Part shown: positions 5,756-13,797 of the stretch, in pieces | Numbering within the stretch: the stretch's first letter is position 1 | How the letters are laid out: each line of letters opens with the position of its first letter | Origin: a virus | Lineage: Duplodnaviria > Heunggongvirae > Uroviricota > Caudoviricetes | Reading direction: 5' to 3' (one strand) | IMG/VR virus record: IMGVR_UViG_3300029456_000117 | DNA length: 15,457 nt | Notes under the pieces: model-generated | What the model was told of the DNA's origin: nothing | The model's input: the letters and a program-made list of their open reading frames with translations, nothing else | Database searches by the model: none | Made by a program: the position numbers and the translations under genes

Positions 5756-6158
5756 CGAACGGTCCTTTCTCTATCTCTTCAAGGAATATCTCAATCCTTG
5801 GGTTTTTCTTATCCACATAGAAGTCATGCGTAAAGTTGTCGATTTCTTTCCAACCATCGTTTTTAATCACTCCACATTTCTGCAAAGCATCCTGAAAAAC
5901 TTTATCGGCAAAGGAAAAAATATTGCCCTTGTCGCGTTGTTTATCCGGCTCATAGAAGTTGTAATGAATGATGATAGGGTTTGTAATCGTAAGTCTTGGT
6001 AACTGCGTTCTGATAGCGTTACACACGATCATCTGGTAATCTCTTTTCATTTTTGCACCCATCTGAGGATGCCTCGCACACTCATGTAAGTAATCGTTAA
6101 GATCCGGTAAGGTTCTGGTTCTGCCGTAGTAATTTCCTTTGATAACAACCTTGTGCAT
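5748..6158 (-). CDS. rusA: RusA-family Holliday junction resolvase
   Basis: AAAGGAGG RBS; RDKGNI...KVFQDAL...GVIKNDG...PRIEI pattern; position upstream of the initiator. Confidence 0.72.
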   Translation of the reverse strand: MHKVVIKGNYYGRTRTLPDLNDYLHECARHPQMGAKMKRDYQMIVCNAIRTQLPRLTITNPIIIHYNFYEPDKQRDKGNIFSFADKVFQDALQKCGVIKNDGWKEIDNFTHDFYVDKKNPRIEIFLEEIEKGPFDG

Positions 6159-6378
6159 CCCTAAGTCCTCCTTTCTTTCATTATAGGTGGAGCCGCCGGA
6201 ATGACGGCTCCTGGGTAATTTAACAAAAGATCCTTGTCAGGGGTTTATACCATTCAACTAATCGAATTTCTTAAAAGGAGGTAAACCGTTTGTGTGTTCT
6301 GCGGCTTTCGTGACATATTTTCCTCAGAGACCAATCTTAGGAGATAATTGCAGAAACATATTTACGGGTTACGATTAT

Positions 6379-7110
6379 TTAAGAAATCACAAAGATGTTT
6401 GATACATCCGCAAGTTCTTTTTCGAGATACGCCTTAATGTTGGCTTTCGCCTCATTCTTCCATGCGCCTCCATCTGCCTCAAATAAGGCACAGGTAACGC
6501 CATAACGATCATTGTCCTTTACTCTGAAAATGAAGTTGCTCATAGGCTGTGCAACTTCTGTAAAGGTTCTGTACGGCATCAGGCGGCAAGGACTCGGAAC
6601 TTCGACTTCCTGCAGAGAGGCAACGCCTTTCTTGATTGCTGCTTTCTGCCCTACTCCGGTGTCTCCGTATTCTGCAACAGTGCCGGCCTTAACATTTCCG
6701 GCGAACTGTAAGATGATCGGCTTATCATTTGCATCAGCATCCTCATTTAAGAACTTGGACTGCACACCGATAACAAACTCTTCGTTCCCAATGAACTGAC
6801 CGAATGAAAACTCCGGGATCTCTGCTTTGACAACTGCCAGTGTTTCTCTCTGACGGTCTGCATCCAAACTGGAAAACAGACGAACCTCGGTAGGAGATAC
6901 CACCTGGGCGATGTAATGACCGGTCTTGAAATCTGCTTTACTCTTTTTGATGAAATCCACAAGGCTGCTCAGATTACTCATCGTGATACTGGTTGCTCTG
7001 AGTTCCTTGCCGATCTGTGTCATATCTTTGTCTACATAGGTTCTTCCCTCAATTTCCTCAATATGGGGAGCATCGAGAGAAAGAATTTTCTCAATAGCTG
7101 CTTTTAACAT
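6379..7110 (-). CDS. Conserved phage hypothetical protein
   Basis: 243 aa, GGAGG RBS; LMPYRTFTEV...FIFRV...ALFEADGGAWK. From recall, this type usually pairs with the 7680-8159 type gene. Confidence 0.75.
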   Translation of the reverse strand: MLKAAIEKILSLDAPHIEEIEGRTYVDKDMTQIGKELRATSITMSNLSSLVDFIKKSKADFKTGHYIAQVVSPTEVRLFSSLDADRQRETLAVVKAEIPEFSFGQFIGNEEFVIGVQSKFLNEDADANDKPIILQFAGNVKAGTVAEYGDTGVGQKAAIKKGVASLQEVEVPSPCRLMPYRTFTEVAQPMSNFIFRVKDNDRYGVTCALFEADGGAWKNEAKANIKAYLEKELADVSNIFVIS

Positions 7111-7122
7111 ATTTCCCTCCTG

Positions 7123-7395
7123 TTACTGGATAATCTGCCAATCCTCTGCCAGAATATCTCCGATTGACGGAACCCACATCGCATGAGAACCATCTGCGGT
7201 TTTAATCTGCAAGTAAGGGTCGCATTTGAATAAGTCTCCCTCATTCATCCCCCATGCTTTGGCTGTCTGCAAGTTACAAGGGATGCCGTCAGGGTAACCT
7301 TTCTGGAATACAACAAACATTCCCTTTCCATTCCATCCGAGACGGAATATTTTTTTGCCGCTTTTAACGGCCTCTAATGCTTTTCCAAAATCCAT
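7123..7395 (-). CDS. DUF2829 / Tad2-like (Thoeris anti-defence sponge family) protein
   Basis: MDFGKALEAVKSGKKIFRLGWNGKGMF...PYLQIKTADG...WVPSIGDILAEDW is the DUF2829 signature. Confidence 0.8.
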   Translation of the reverse strand: MDFGKALEAVKSGKKIFRLGWNGKGMFVVFQKGYPDGIPCNLQTAKAWGMNEGDLFKCDPYLQIKTADGSHAMWVPSIGDILAEDWQIIQ

Positions 7396-7397
7396 GA

Positions 7398-7670
7398 TTA
7401 AACCTCCTGCAAATCTACATCTTCCATAACAGCTCTTGCTTCAAGAACTGCAATATAGTCTGTCATGGCTTTGATCTGCATATTGTAGGTACTTCTCGGA
7501 CAAGTAGGAGTAAAATTGAGTTCTCCATTGTCCCACTTTTCAAGCATCGCCTTTAACTTCTGATAACGAATAACAACCTGACAATACTCCGCTCTAAAAC
7601 GTTCCTTGTAGTCCTTGCTCATCATCATTTCTGCGGTGTCGGCTAATTCCATAGGTCTTTTATCGCACAT
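7398..7670 (-). CDS. crAss001_48-like small helical phage protein
   Basis: DYKERFRAEY..V.IRYQKL...Q..AM..Y..VLEAR two-helix pattern; GGAGG RBS. Family recalled from memory. Confidence 0.6.
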   Translation of the reverse strand: MCDKRPMELADTAEMMMSKDYKERFRAEYCQVVIRYQKLKAMLEKWDNGELNFTPTCPRSTYNMQIKAMTDYIAVLEARAVMEDVDLQEV

Positions 7671-7679
7671 AATGTCCTC

Positions 7680-8159
7680 CTAACTGTTTACTGCGTCTCT
7701 CATGCTGATTACTTTCGGACCCTCTTTCGGAGTTTCTTTTTCCAGAACTTCTCCGGTCTCAGGATCGCAGCCAAGTTCCTCAGCCGTTACCGGTCTCTCT
7801 TCCTCATCTTCCTCCGGGTTCATGCTCATACCGCAATCATCCAAAGTGAGCTGACCTTTGATTGCACCTTTGGAGTGCTCCGTAAGCGTTGTAACACCGC
7901 TTCTGAAATCCTTGTTGATGAACAACTGAGTTTTCAGTCCCATCTCAGGAGCTAACTTAACGGAAGTCTGCACCTCAACGGAAACATCCTCTCTATCATC
8001 CTCATTCGGAGTGAGAGTAATCTTTACGTCAAGTACACGTTTCTTCTTTGCATCAGTGTTCAAATCCAGAATGTTATCTGAGATTTTCGCTAACGCTCTG
8101 TCGATACGTTCCTGAACCCCTCCGGCACACATGGATGCCAATGTAAGTTTCTCTGCCAC
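7680..8159 (-). CDS. Conserved phage protein (often annotated 'replication terminator protein')
   Basis: GGVQERIDRAL..I.DNI.D.NT.AKKKR...TSVKLAP pattern. GTG at 8159 fits the RBS better than 8168. Confidence 0.65.
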   Translation of the reverse strand: MAEKLTLASMCAGGVQERIDRALAKISDNILDLNTDAKKKRVLDVKITLTPNEDDREDVSVEVQTSVKLAPEMGLKTQLFINKDFRSGVTTLTEHSKGAIKGQLTLDDCGMSMNPEEDEEERPVTAEELGCDPETGEVLEKETPKEGPKVISMRDAVNS

Positions 8160-8207
8160 TGTTTTCACTTCCTTTCAAAAGAATTATTTATAATAAGCAT
8201 TTGCCTA

Positions 8208-8525
8208 CTATACGAATGTTTTTCCGTATCTTTTCCGAAACATTTCCTTTGCCTCGTTTTTATCCTTGGCTTGTCCGGTAGATACCATTTCAAGCTCATA
8301 CGCCAACTGTGCAATGATATGGCTCATTACTTTCATTTCCTTGTTGTGATGAACACTCATTCTGCTTGAATTGTGGTGGTCCGGCGATAAAGGAACCCAC
8401 AGACCATCTTCGTCTGCATGGCTCCTGTTCGCCCCACCCATCAAATGATGTCTCTCGACACCGTAAGAGCCGTCTATCATATCGTAATCAGCGTATTTCA
8501 TATCAATTACGATTGAATCTTTCAT
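8208..8525 (-). CDS. HNH/Ref-like His-rich phage protein
   Basis: ERHHLMGGANR...GLWVPLSPDHHN...VHHN; TAATG coupling to the upstream exonuclease. Confidence 0.55.
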   Translation of the reverse strand: MKDSIVIDMKYADYDMIDGSYGVERHHLMGGANRSHADEDGLWVPLSPDHHNSSRMSVHHNKEMKVMSHIIAQLAYELEMVSTGQAKDKNEAKEMFRKRYGKTFV

Positions 8526-9367
8526 TAAATCTCTCCCATCAACATATCCATGGAGACGGGGCCATCCAGAACCTCAGTATCAGCACAATAATCGCAGACC
8601 TCGCATCTCAGAGGTTCAATTTCTCCATCTTTCAGGCGTTGAACCTTGATGATGTTGCTTTGGAACTCTGCCAGTTTCTCATCCATAACCATAGGTGGAA
8701 TTTCAATAACCTTAATTCTCGGATGAGGTATATTTCCTGGAGAAGTCTTATCTTTGCTAATTGCACAAATATAAAACGGTAACAATTTACCCGTGTTCTG
8801 CCTATATATTTCTCTATAAACAGCCCCTTGGAGGTCATATCCCCACCATTCGCAGAAATTAAGTCTCTGCCCCAGGTCCTTTGCATAAAAAGTTTCTGTA
8901 ACAGATTTTACGGTTTTTAAGTCAGTGATCCTTTTTCCATCACAACTATCAATTTTGATTTTTACCGGTATGCCATTGATTTCCCCTGTCATAATTACCT
9001 GTTTATCTCCGGCCATATACTGCATAAAAACTTTGTCTTTTTCTGCCCTGTCAATCATTGCAGAGGCCTGTTTGTACTCGGCTTTCAATTCTCCGGCGGT
9101 TTTACCTCTGGATGAAAAGATTTCTGGGTGCTGAGCGGAAAATGTAGGAAGTGTCCCCTCAAAGTAGGCATCCACATAAGAACCTACCAATAACGGAGTG
9201 GTGGAGACTTCCTCTACTTCTCCCCGGAGTTTTGCCATCGCATAAGCCTCGCAACCTAACTTTCCGGTTGTTCCATTGAAGTCCTTATACTGAGATACGG
9301 ACACATACTGCATATTGGCTTCCTGCGAGTAGTAATTCTCCGGGGTAAGTGCGATGAGGTCACTCAT
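8525..9367 (-). CDS. PD-(D/E)XK exonuclease (DUF3799 / RecE-like partner of RecT)
   Basis: KIKID...ITDLKT and GYDLQGAVY motifs; adjacent to recT. Confidence 0.82.
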   Translation of the reverse strand: MSDLIALTPENYYSQEANMQYVSVSQYKDFNGTTGKLGCEAYAMAKLRGEVEEVSTTPLLVGSYVDAYFEGTLPTFSAQHPEIFSSRGKTAGELKAEYKQASAMIDRAEKDKVFMQYMAGDKQVIMTGEINGIPVKIKIDSCDGKRITDLKTVKSVTETFYAKDLGQRLNFCEWWGYDLQGAVYREIYRQNTGKLLPFYICAISKDKTSPGNIPHPRIKVIEIPPMVMDEKLAEFQSNIIKVQRLKDGEIEPLRCEVCDYCADTEVLDGPVSMDMLMGEI

Positions 9368-10163
9368 CTACTTCCTTAAATGTTCCGTCAATCACACCAT
9401 CAGAATCCTCATCTCCGTTATGAGAACTCTGATCCTGAGACTGATAAATGTCCTGTGCCTGATACTTCTCTTTTGGCTTTTCCTTTACATCAAAGGCAGA
9501 TCCATCTTCAAATGCCTGGCACTGTTCTGCGGTATCAAAGTTGAGGTCAATCAACTTACACAGTCGGCGGAGAACTGTTTTCTTACACATCTCTCCGTAA
9601 CTTTCTTTCCACGCCTTACTGTTTGCTGCCTTTGAGAATGTCTGTCTGGTATGTTCAATGTCCTCTTTGCTCATGGTGTCGTACATCATGGAACCGTCTT
9701 TGTAGAGGACTACCGCAAATGCACCGATAATCTCTCCGTTTGAAAAAGCCTTAGGTCTGAAATTGACATACTGCTTACCGTTTTCAATTACTTCCTCAAA
9801 CTTATCTCCCTCACGGACTACCTTTGCGTAAATGTCTTGAATAGGATTGCTCGAATATCTCTTGCACAGCTTGATCTCTCCCTTGTAATCAGTCTGGAAC
9901 TGACACTGATTTCCGTAAGGAATTGCGTAACACTCTCCGTTAAAGAAATCGAGACCAAGGAAAGCTCCTTTTAAGAGTGTTCGCACAACGGTCGGTGCTT
10001 CGCATTTTGAGAAATCAGCTTGTCCGTCCTGCAGAACCGTCATGCAGTTCTGTAAAAATCTCTGCTTGTTGAATTTCTCCGGCAGAGCTGCAACCTGTTT
10101 TTCAAGGCTTTCGTCCAGTCCTTTATGAACTGCAACTAAATAATTTGTGTCTTTTGTTGCCAT
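9360..10163 (-). CDS. recT: RecT-family single-strand annealing recombinase
   Basis: GECYAIPYG..CQFQTDYKG, VVREGDKF, W...YGEMCKKTVLRRLCK motifs. Confidence 0.92.
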   Translation of the reverse strand: MATKDTNYLVAVHKGLDESLEKQVAALPEKFNKQRFLQNCMTVLQDGQADFSKCEAPTVVRTLLKGAFLGLDFFNGECYAIPYGNQCQFQTDYKGEIKLCKRYSSNPIQDIYAKVVREGDKFEEVIENGKQYVNFRPKAFSNGEIIGAFAVVLYKDGSMMYDTMSKEDIEHTRQTFSKAANSKAWKESYGEMCKKTVLRRLCKLIDLNFDTAEQCQAFEDGSAFDVKEKPKEKYQAQDIYQSQDQSSHNGDEDSDGVIDGTFKEVDE

Positions 10164-10187
10164 AAATAACCTCCTTGTATTTTTATG

Positions 10188-10224
10188 AATCTGCCTACCA
10201 AGAAAAGGCTATGGCAGGCAGATT
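10188..10224 (-). other. Intergenic stem-loop upstream of recT
   Basis: On - RNA AAUCUGCCUGCCA / UGGUAGGCAGAUU, 13 bp with one G-U; no U-tail on that strand. Confidence 0.5.
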
Positions 10225-10238
10225 ATTTATTTTATTCG

Positions 10239-10598
10239 CTATCGTCTGTACCCCCCCCCGAAAAGGTTCTTCAAAAAATCCGCAAAACCATCTTCGGAGT
10301 CGGGTTTAACTTTGACGGTATCGAAACCAAATTTCTTTTTCATCAGATCAGTGAGCTTTATTGTCTGCTCAGACATAATATCTTTGATGAGGTTGCTGGT
10401 TTCCTCCGCCCACTCCATTCCACCGTCAATATCTTCGAGAAATGCCTTATTTCCAGAAGAACTGCAACTGATTGATGTAGGCGTTACGGTCACTTCACAA
10501 GTGAATGGATGGATTTCAATATCTTTCGTATCATCCATAATGTGTTTGAGTGCCATCATTGCCATAAGTGCGTCAAAGTTATCATTCTTTCCTGCCAT
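10239..10598 (-). CDS. Hypothetical phage protein
   Basis: 119 aa, GGAGG RBS; G9 tract (10251-10259) near the C-terminus. Confidence 0.7.
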   Translation of the reverse strand: MAGKNDNFDALMAMMALKHIMDDTKDIEIHPFTCEVTVTPTSISCSSSGNKAFLEDIDGGMEWAEETSNLIKDIMSEQTIKLTDLMKKKFGFDTVKVKPDSEDGFADFLKNLFGGGYRR

Positions 10599-10609
10599 AG
10601 TGTTTCCTC

Positions 10610-12040
10610 CTACAGTTCAATAACTGTTAATTCATTGTTGCTTGTGGTTCTGGTTGCTATGAACTGCAACCCTTTCTTTTTGCACTTCTCATAGAGACGT
10701 GTGCGGTTTTCCTCAGACAGTTTCTCAGTACCATCAATGAGGATGATCTGTAAACCGGACGGATTCTGAATTGCCACATCAATGCAGAGATCAAGTTTTT
10801 CTCCCTCTGACAAATTGCTTACCGGCAATCCATTGATAAGAGGTATTCCGTCTTTAACGGTCAGACCCTCAATCGGAATCTCTGCGGTTTCCAGAATGGT
10901 TCCCGGAAGAGTTCTTGCCAGTTCGATCTTCTCTGTAAGACTGTTTGACTCACTCTGCAACTCATCAACCTCTTTCTGGATGTTCAACATTCTGCGCCAC
11001 TCATTGATATGGCCTTTCATCTTCTCAGTCTCATTGGCTTTTGCCATAAGATCATCAATAGGTGTGGTTTCCATATCTGCGTATTCTGCGTAGGATGCCT
11101 GCTCAGCTTCATACCTAGACACGGATGCCTCATACTCCGACTGAATTACCTTTACCTTGTCCGCTTTTACACCAGCAAGGCCGTCTTTCTTCTCTCTGAG
11201 GGCTTTTATTCTCTCTTCAAGCTGTGCCAACTCACTCTCAATGTTCTTTTCCTGCTGAGCCATTTCCGTATCAAGTGCGGCAATCTTAATTTCCTTGTCT
11301 GCCTGAAATGAGCGGATTTTTCCATCGTGGCTGTCTCTAAGGCGTTTTGCCTTTTCAATAGTCTCGTTGTTCTTGCGGATCTTCTCGATCTCTGTGTAGA
11401 GTTCTGAGAGGTTTTCCTTTTCCCATCTCTCTCCGTCATAGTCGATAGGAAGTGAGCTGCCAATATCTGCGATAACTGCTTTCTTCGCACGAATATCACG
11501 GTTTACATCCTGACGGTGCATAAAGTAGTAACCGTTCTCTGCCTGAATATCATTCAGGACAGCCAAGATATTCTGCTCGTAATTTACATCCCTCGGAATT
11601 TCCCCGAACCATTCCTTGATGGTGTCAAGGTTCCAATCGTACTGAATCATATCCAAAATCGTTGCGTTCTGGGTTTTCTTATCCATAGAGATGAACTCCA
11701 TAGGGGAAAGCTGCAACGGTGTGAATATTGTTTTCAGAAACGACTCAGGACTGGGAATCACATTGCCGTTCTGCTTAACAGATTTGTAATCTGTCATTGC
11801 CGTTCTGGCTTTTCTGTCAATGGAGAGACCGTTATCTGTTTCTATGTAAATCTCTCCCTCTGTCTCTCCGTTTTTTACGATAAATTCACGGTCTGAGGAA
11901 TTTGTAAGAGCATATCTGATTGCGTCAATAACGGATGTTTTTCCAGTACCGTTGTCTCCGACAAGCTCAATGTTCTTTCCGTCCCCCTGCCATTCCTTAA
12001 TCCCGAAGAGCTGCTTTATCGTGATTTTTGAAATCTTCAT
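10610..12040 (-). CDS. SMC/Rad50-like ABC ATPase with coiled coil
   Basis: Walker A GDNGTGKTS, long coiled coil, signature LSEGE, Walker B IILIDG. Confidence 0.87.
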   Translation of the reverse strand: MKISKITIKQLFGIKEWQGDGKNIELVGDNGTGKTSVIDAIRYALTNSSDREFIVKNGETEGEIYIETDNGLSIDRKARTAMTDYKSVKQNGNVIPSPESFLKTIFTPLQLSPMEFISMDKKTQNATILDMIQYDWNLDTIKEWFGEIPRDVNYEQNILAVLNDIQAENGYYFMHRQDVNRDIRAKKAVIADIGSSLPIDYDGERWEKENLSELYTEIEKIRKNNETIEKAKRLRDSHDGKIRSFQADKEIKIAALDTEMAQQEKNIESELAQLEERIKALREKKDGLAGVKADKVKVIQSEYEASVSRYEAEQASYAEYADMETTPIDDLMAKANETEKMKGHINEWRRMLNIQKEVDELQSESNSLTEKIELARTLPGTILETAEIPIEGLTVKDGIPLINGLPVSNLSEGEKLDLCIDVAIQNPSGLQIILIDGTEKLSEENRTRLYEKCKKKGLQFIATRTTSNNELTVIEL

Positions 12041-12096
12041 GGTGGATTTTCCTTTCTCTGTTTATGGGGTTCGGCAATGCCTTACCCCCTAAACCG

Positions 12097-12300
12097 CTAC
12101 TGAATTACTGTTACGTTGGATGCCTGCGGTCCCTTGGTTCCGTCAACAACATCAAATTCTACGGGCTGTCCCTCTACGAGAGTCTTGTAACCGTCCATCT
12201 GCAATGCGCTGAAATGGCAGAACACGTCAACTCCATCTTCGCCTGTAATGAAACCATAGCCCTTTGCAGCGTTGAACCATTTAACTGTACCTTTTCTCAT
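12097..12300 (-). CDS. csp: Cold-shock domain protein (CspA family)
   Basis: [15 protein letters not shown] (RNP1), DVFCHFSAL (RNP2), KGPQASNV. Confidence 0.95.
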   Translation of the reverse strand: MRKGTVKWFNAAKGYGFITGEDGVDVFCHFSALQMDGYKTLVEGQPVEFDVVDGTKGPQASNVTVIQ

Positions 12301-12351
12301 GGTGCGTCTCCTTTCCTCAAAAAATATCTATTAAACAATCCTTGCGGATGC

Positions 12352-12546
12352 TTAACCTATACCAAGTCGTTCTTTCTCCTGATCCAAAAGGTGGCGATAT
12401 ATGTAAAATCCCCACTTGGATTTACCCTCTCGCTTTATGGCATATCCAATAGGCAATTTCTCCCTTTTCATAAGTTCACGGAGCGTAATCACATCCATTT
12501 GCAACTCTTTCGCTGCATTTTTTGGTGTCACTCTCTCATTGTTCAT
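12352..12546 (-). CDS. Excisionase-like HTH DNA-binding protein
   Basis: 64 aa, VTPKNAAKELQMDVITLRELM...LPIG..Y.IY winged-HTH pattern; position after cro. Confidence 0.6.
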   Translation of the reverse strand: MNNERVTPKNAAKELQMDVITLRELMKREKLPIGYAIKREGKSKWGFYIYRHLLDQEKERLGIG

Positions 12547-12608
12547 TGCTTCTTACCTCAATCTGTTCGTTTTGCTGTGCCTTAGTTCGTTGTGGATTAT
12601 CCTTTTCG

Positions 12609-12626
12609 TGTTTGCTCGACTAAACT
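12609..12626. promoter_or_regulatory. Operator copy overlapping the cro stop codon
   Basis: TGTTTGCTCGACTAAACT, 15/18 to TGTTTAGTCGACTAAACA. Confidence 0.7.
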
Positions 12627-12817
12627 TTTTGGGTAAAAAGTTTGCTGACAGGGACATTCAAAGCCGCCGCCAACGATTTCAGAGTACCGACCATAGCCTC
12701 ATGTTCTTCGTTGTTTTCAAGCAGAACTATGGTTGTTCTGCTTACGCCAGACATTTGAGCTAACTGTTCCTGGGTAAGTTTCTTCTTTTCTCTAAGTTCT
12801 CTGATTCGATACGCCAT
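12620..12817 (-). CDS. cro: Cro-like XRE HTH regulator
   Basis: AAAGGAGG + ATG 12817; IRELREKKKLTQEQLAQMSGVSRTTI..LEN; divergent from cI. Confidence 0.88.
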   Translation of the reverse strand: MAYRIRELREKKKLTQEQLAQMSGVSRTTIVLLENNEEHEAMVGTLKSLAAALNVPVSKLFTQKV

Positions 12818-12842
12818 TACTGCGCCTCCTTTCTTTGTCTGA

Positions 12843-12860
12843 TGTTTGCTCGACTGAACA
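12843..12860. promoter_or_regulatory. Operator downstream of the lytic promoter
   Basis: TGTTTGCTCGACTGAACA, 15/18 to the palindrome. Confidence 0.75.
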
Positions 12861-12865
12861 ATTTG

Positions 12866-12894
12866 AGTATAGCCGACTAAACATTTATTGTCAA
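12866..12894 (-). promoter_or_regulatory. Lytic (cro) promoter with overlapping operator 12866-12883
   Basis: TTGACA (12894-12889) - 17 nt - TATACT (12871-12866); operator AGTATAGCCGACTAAACA, 15/18. Confidence 0.82.
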
Positions 12895-12912
12895 GCACAT
12901 TTTACAAAAAAA

Positions 12913-12951
12913 TTGACTTTTTGTGCAGTGCATTGTATAATGGACTAAACA
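12913..12951 (+). promoter_or_regulatory. cI promoter with overlapping operator 12934-12951
   Basis: TTGACT (12913-12918) - 17 nt - TATAAT (12936-12941); operator TGTATAATGGACTAAACA, 15/18. Confidence 0.82.
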
Positions 12952-12969
12952 TCGAAAGGAGGTTTTCGT

Positions 12970-13632
12970 ATGACATTAGGGCAGATAATAAGGGCATATA
13001 GAGAAGAAAATAGCATGAGCATGGATAGTTTTGCGAAAGCTAGTGGTTTGAGTAAAGGTTACATATCTCAGCTTGAAAATAATCTCAATCCGAAAACAGG
13101 AGAACCGCCTGTTCCGTCTATGACCTCTATAAAGAAAGCGGCAAACGGAATGTTTATGAGTTTTGATGAGTTGTTTTCTCAGTTAGACGATAATATGAAA
13201 GTATCGGTTTCTCCCGAAAAAGTGAAAATGGCTAAGAAAGCAATCCGTATACCGGTTCTCGGTAATGTGGCTGCCGGAATACCCATTGAAGCTATTGAGG
13301 ATATTATAGACTATGAAGAAATTTCTGAGGAATTGGCTCATACAGGAGATTTTTTTGCATTGAAAATCAAAGGGGATTCTATGGAACCACGCATATGTAA
13401 TGGGGATGTAGTAATCGTCCGCAAACAGAATTATGCAGAAAGTGGAGATCTCGTCATTGTATTGGTAAATGGAGACAGTGCTACCTGTAAGAAATTGGCA
13501 AAATATCCGAGCGGCATCAGGCTAATCCCTTTTAATCAGGCATATGAACCACTCTTCTACTCAAATGAAGAGATTGAAAATAAACCAGTGAGAATCATTG
13601 GTAGAGTCGTTGAAAATCGACAGAAATACTAA
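12970..13632 (+). CDS. cI: CI-like repressor (XRE HTH + S24 LexA-type peptidase)
   Basis: N-terminal HTH; VAAG Ala-Gly cleavage site, GDSM catalytic Ser, TCKK catalytic Lys; AAAGGAGG RBS. Confidence 0.93.
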   Translation: MTLGQIIRAYREENSMSMDSFAKASGLSKGYISQLENNLNPKTGEPPVPSMTSIKKAANGMFMSFDELFSQLDDNMKVSVSPEKVKMAKKAIRIPVLGNVAAGIPIEAIEDIIDYEEISEELAHTGDFFALKIKGDSMEPRICNGDVVIVRKQNYAESGDLVIVLVNGDSATCKKLAKYPSGIRLIPFNQAYEPLFYSNEEIENKPVRIIGRVVENRQKY

Positions 13633-13667
13633 AATAGAAAACCGCCTCTGCTGCTAACAGAGACGGT
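13631..13667 (-). terminator. Intrinsic terminator on - strand
   Basis: ACCGUCUCUG-loop-CAGAGGCGGU followed by UUUCUAUUUU. Confidence 0.7.
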
Positions 13668-13714
13668 ATCTATGAACACACACCGGAAAGCTCCGATATG
13701 CGCTCGTCTGGACA
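13631..13714 (-). ncRNA. Putative ~80-nt antisense sRNA between cI and int
   Basis: Own promoter, a 14-bp hairpin (13674-13705) with four G-U pairs that forms only on - RNA, and a terminator hairpin 13641-13667 with U-tail. Ends estimated. Confidence 0.6.
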
Positions 13715-13720
13715 ACTTGC

Positions 13721-13749
13721 ATTATATCATCTTCCCGGTAGAAAAACAA
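13721..13749 (-). promoter_or_regulatory. Leftward extended -10 promoter for the antisense RNA
   Basis: TTGTTT (13749-13744) - 17 nt - TATAAT (13726-13721) with TGn extension (TGATATAAT). Confidence 0.65.
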
Positions 13750-13797
13750 TATACCGGGCATTTTTGCGCCCATTTTTAAGAAAAGGGGGATGATATT

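Noticed and set aside
6274..6402. Small + strand peptide after AAGGAGG (type I toxin candidate)
   Set aside because: Possible products (7 aa from TTG, about 36 aa from GTG 6292) are not hydrophobic toxin-like and I found no clear promoter.
423..12763. Plus-strand ORFs in the track (e.g. 1729..2058, 4054..4500, 8366..8782, 12028..12585) and nested minus-strand alternates
   Set aside because: Antisense or out-of-frame shadows of well-supported genes, with no recognisable motifs.
12818..12898. 92-aa version of Cro
   Set aside because: The extension runs through the promoter and operators; AAAGGAGG supports ATG 12817.
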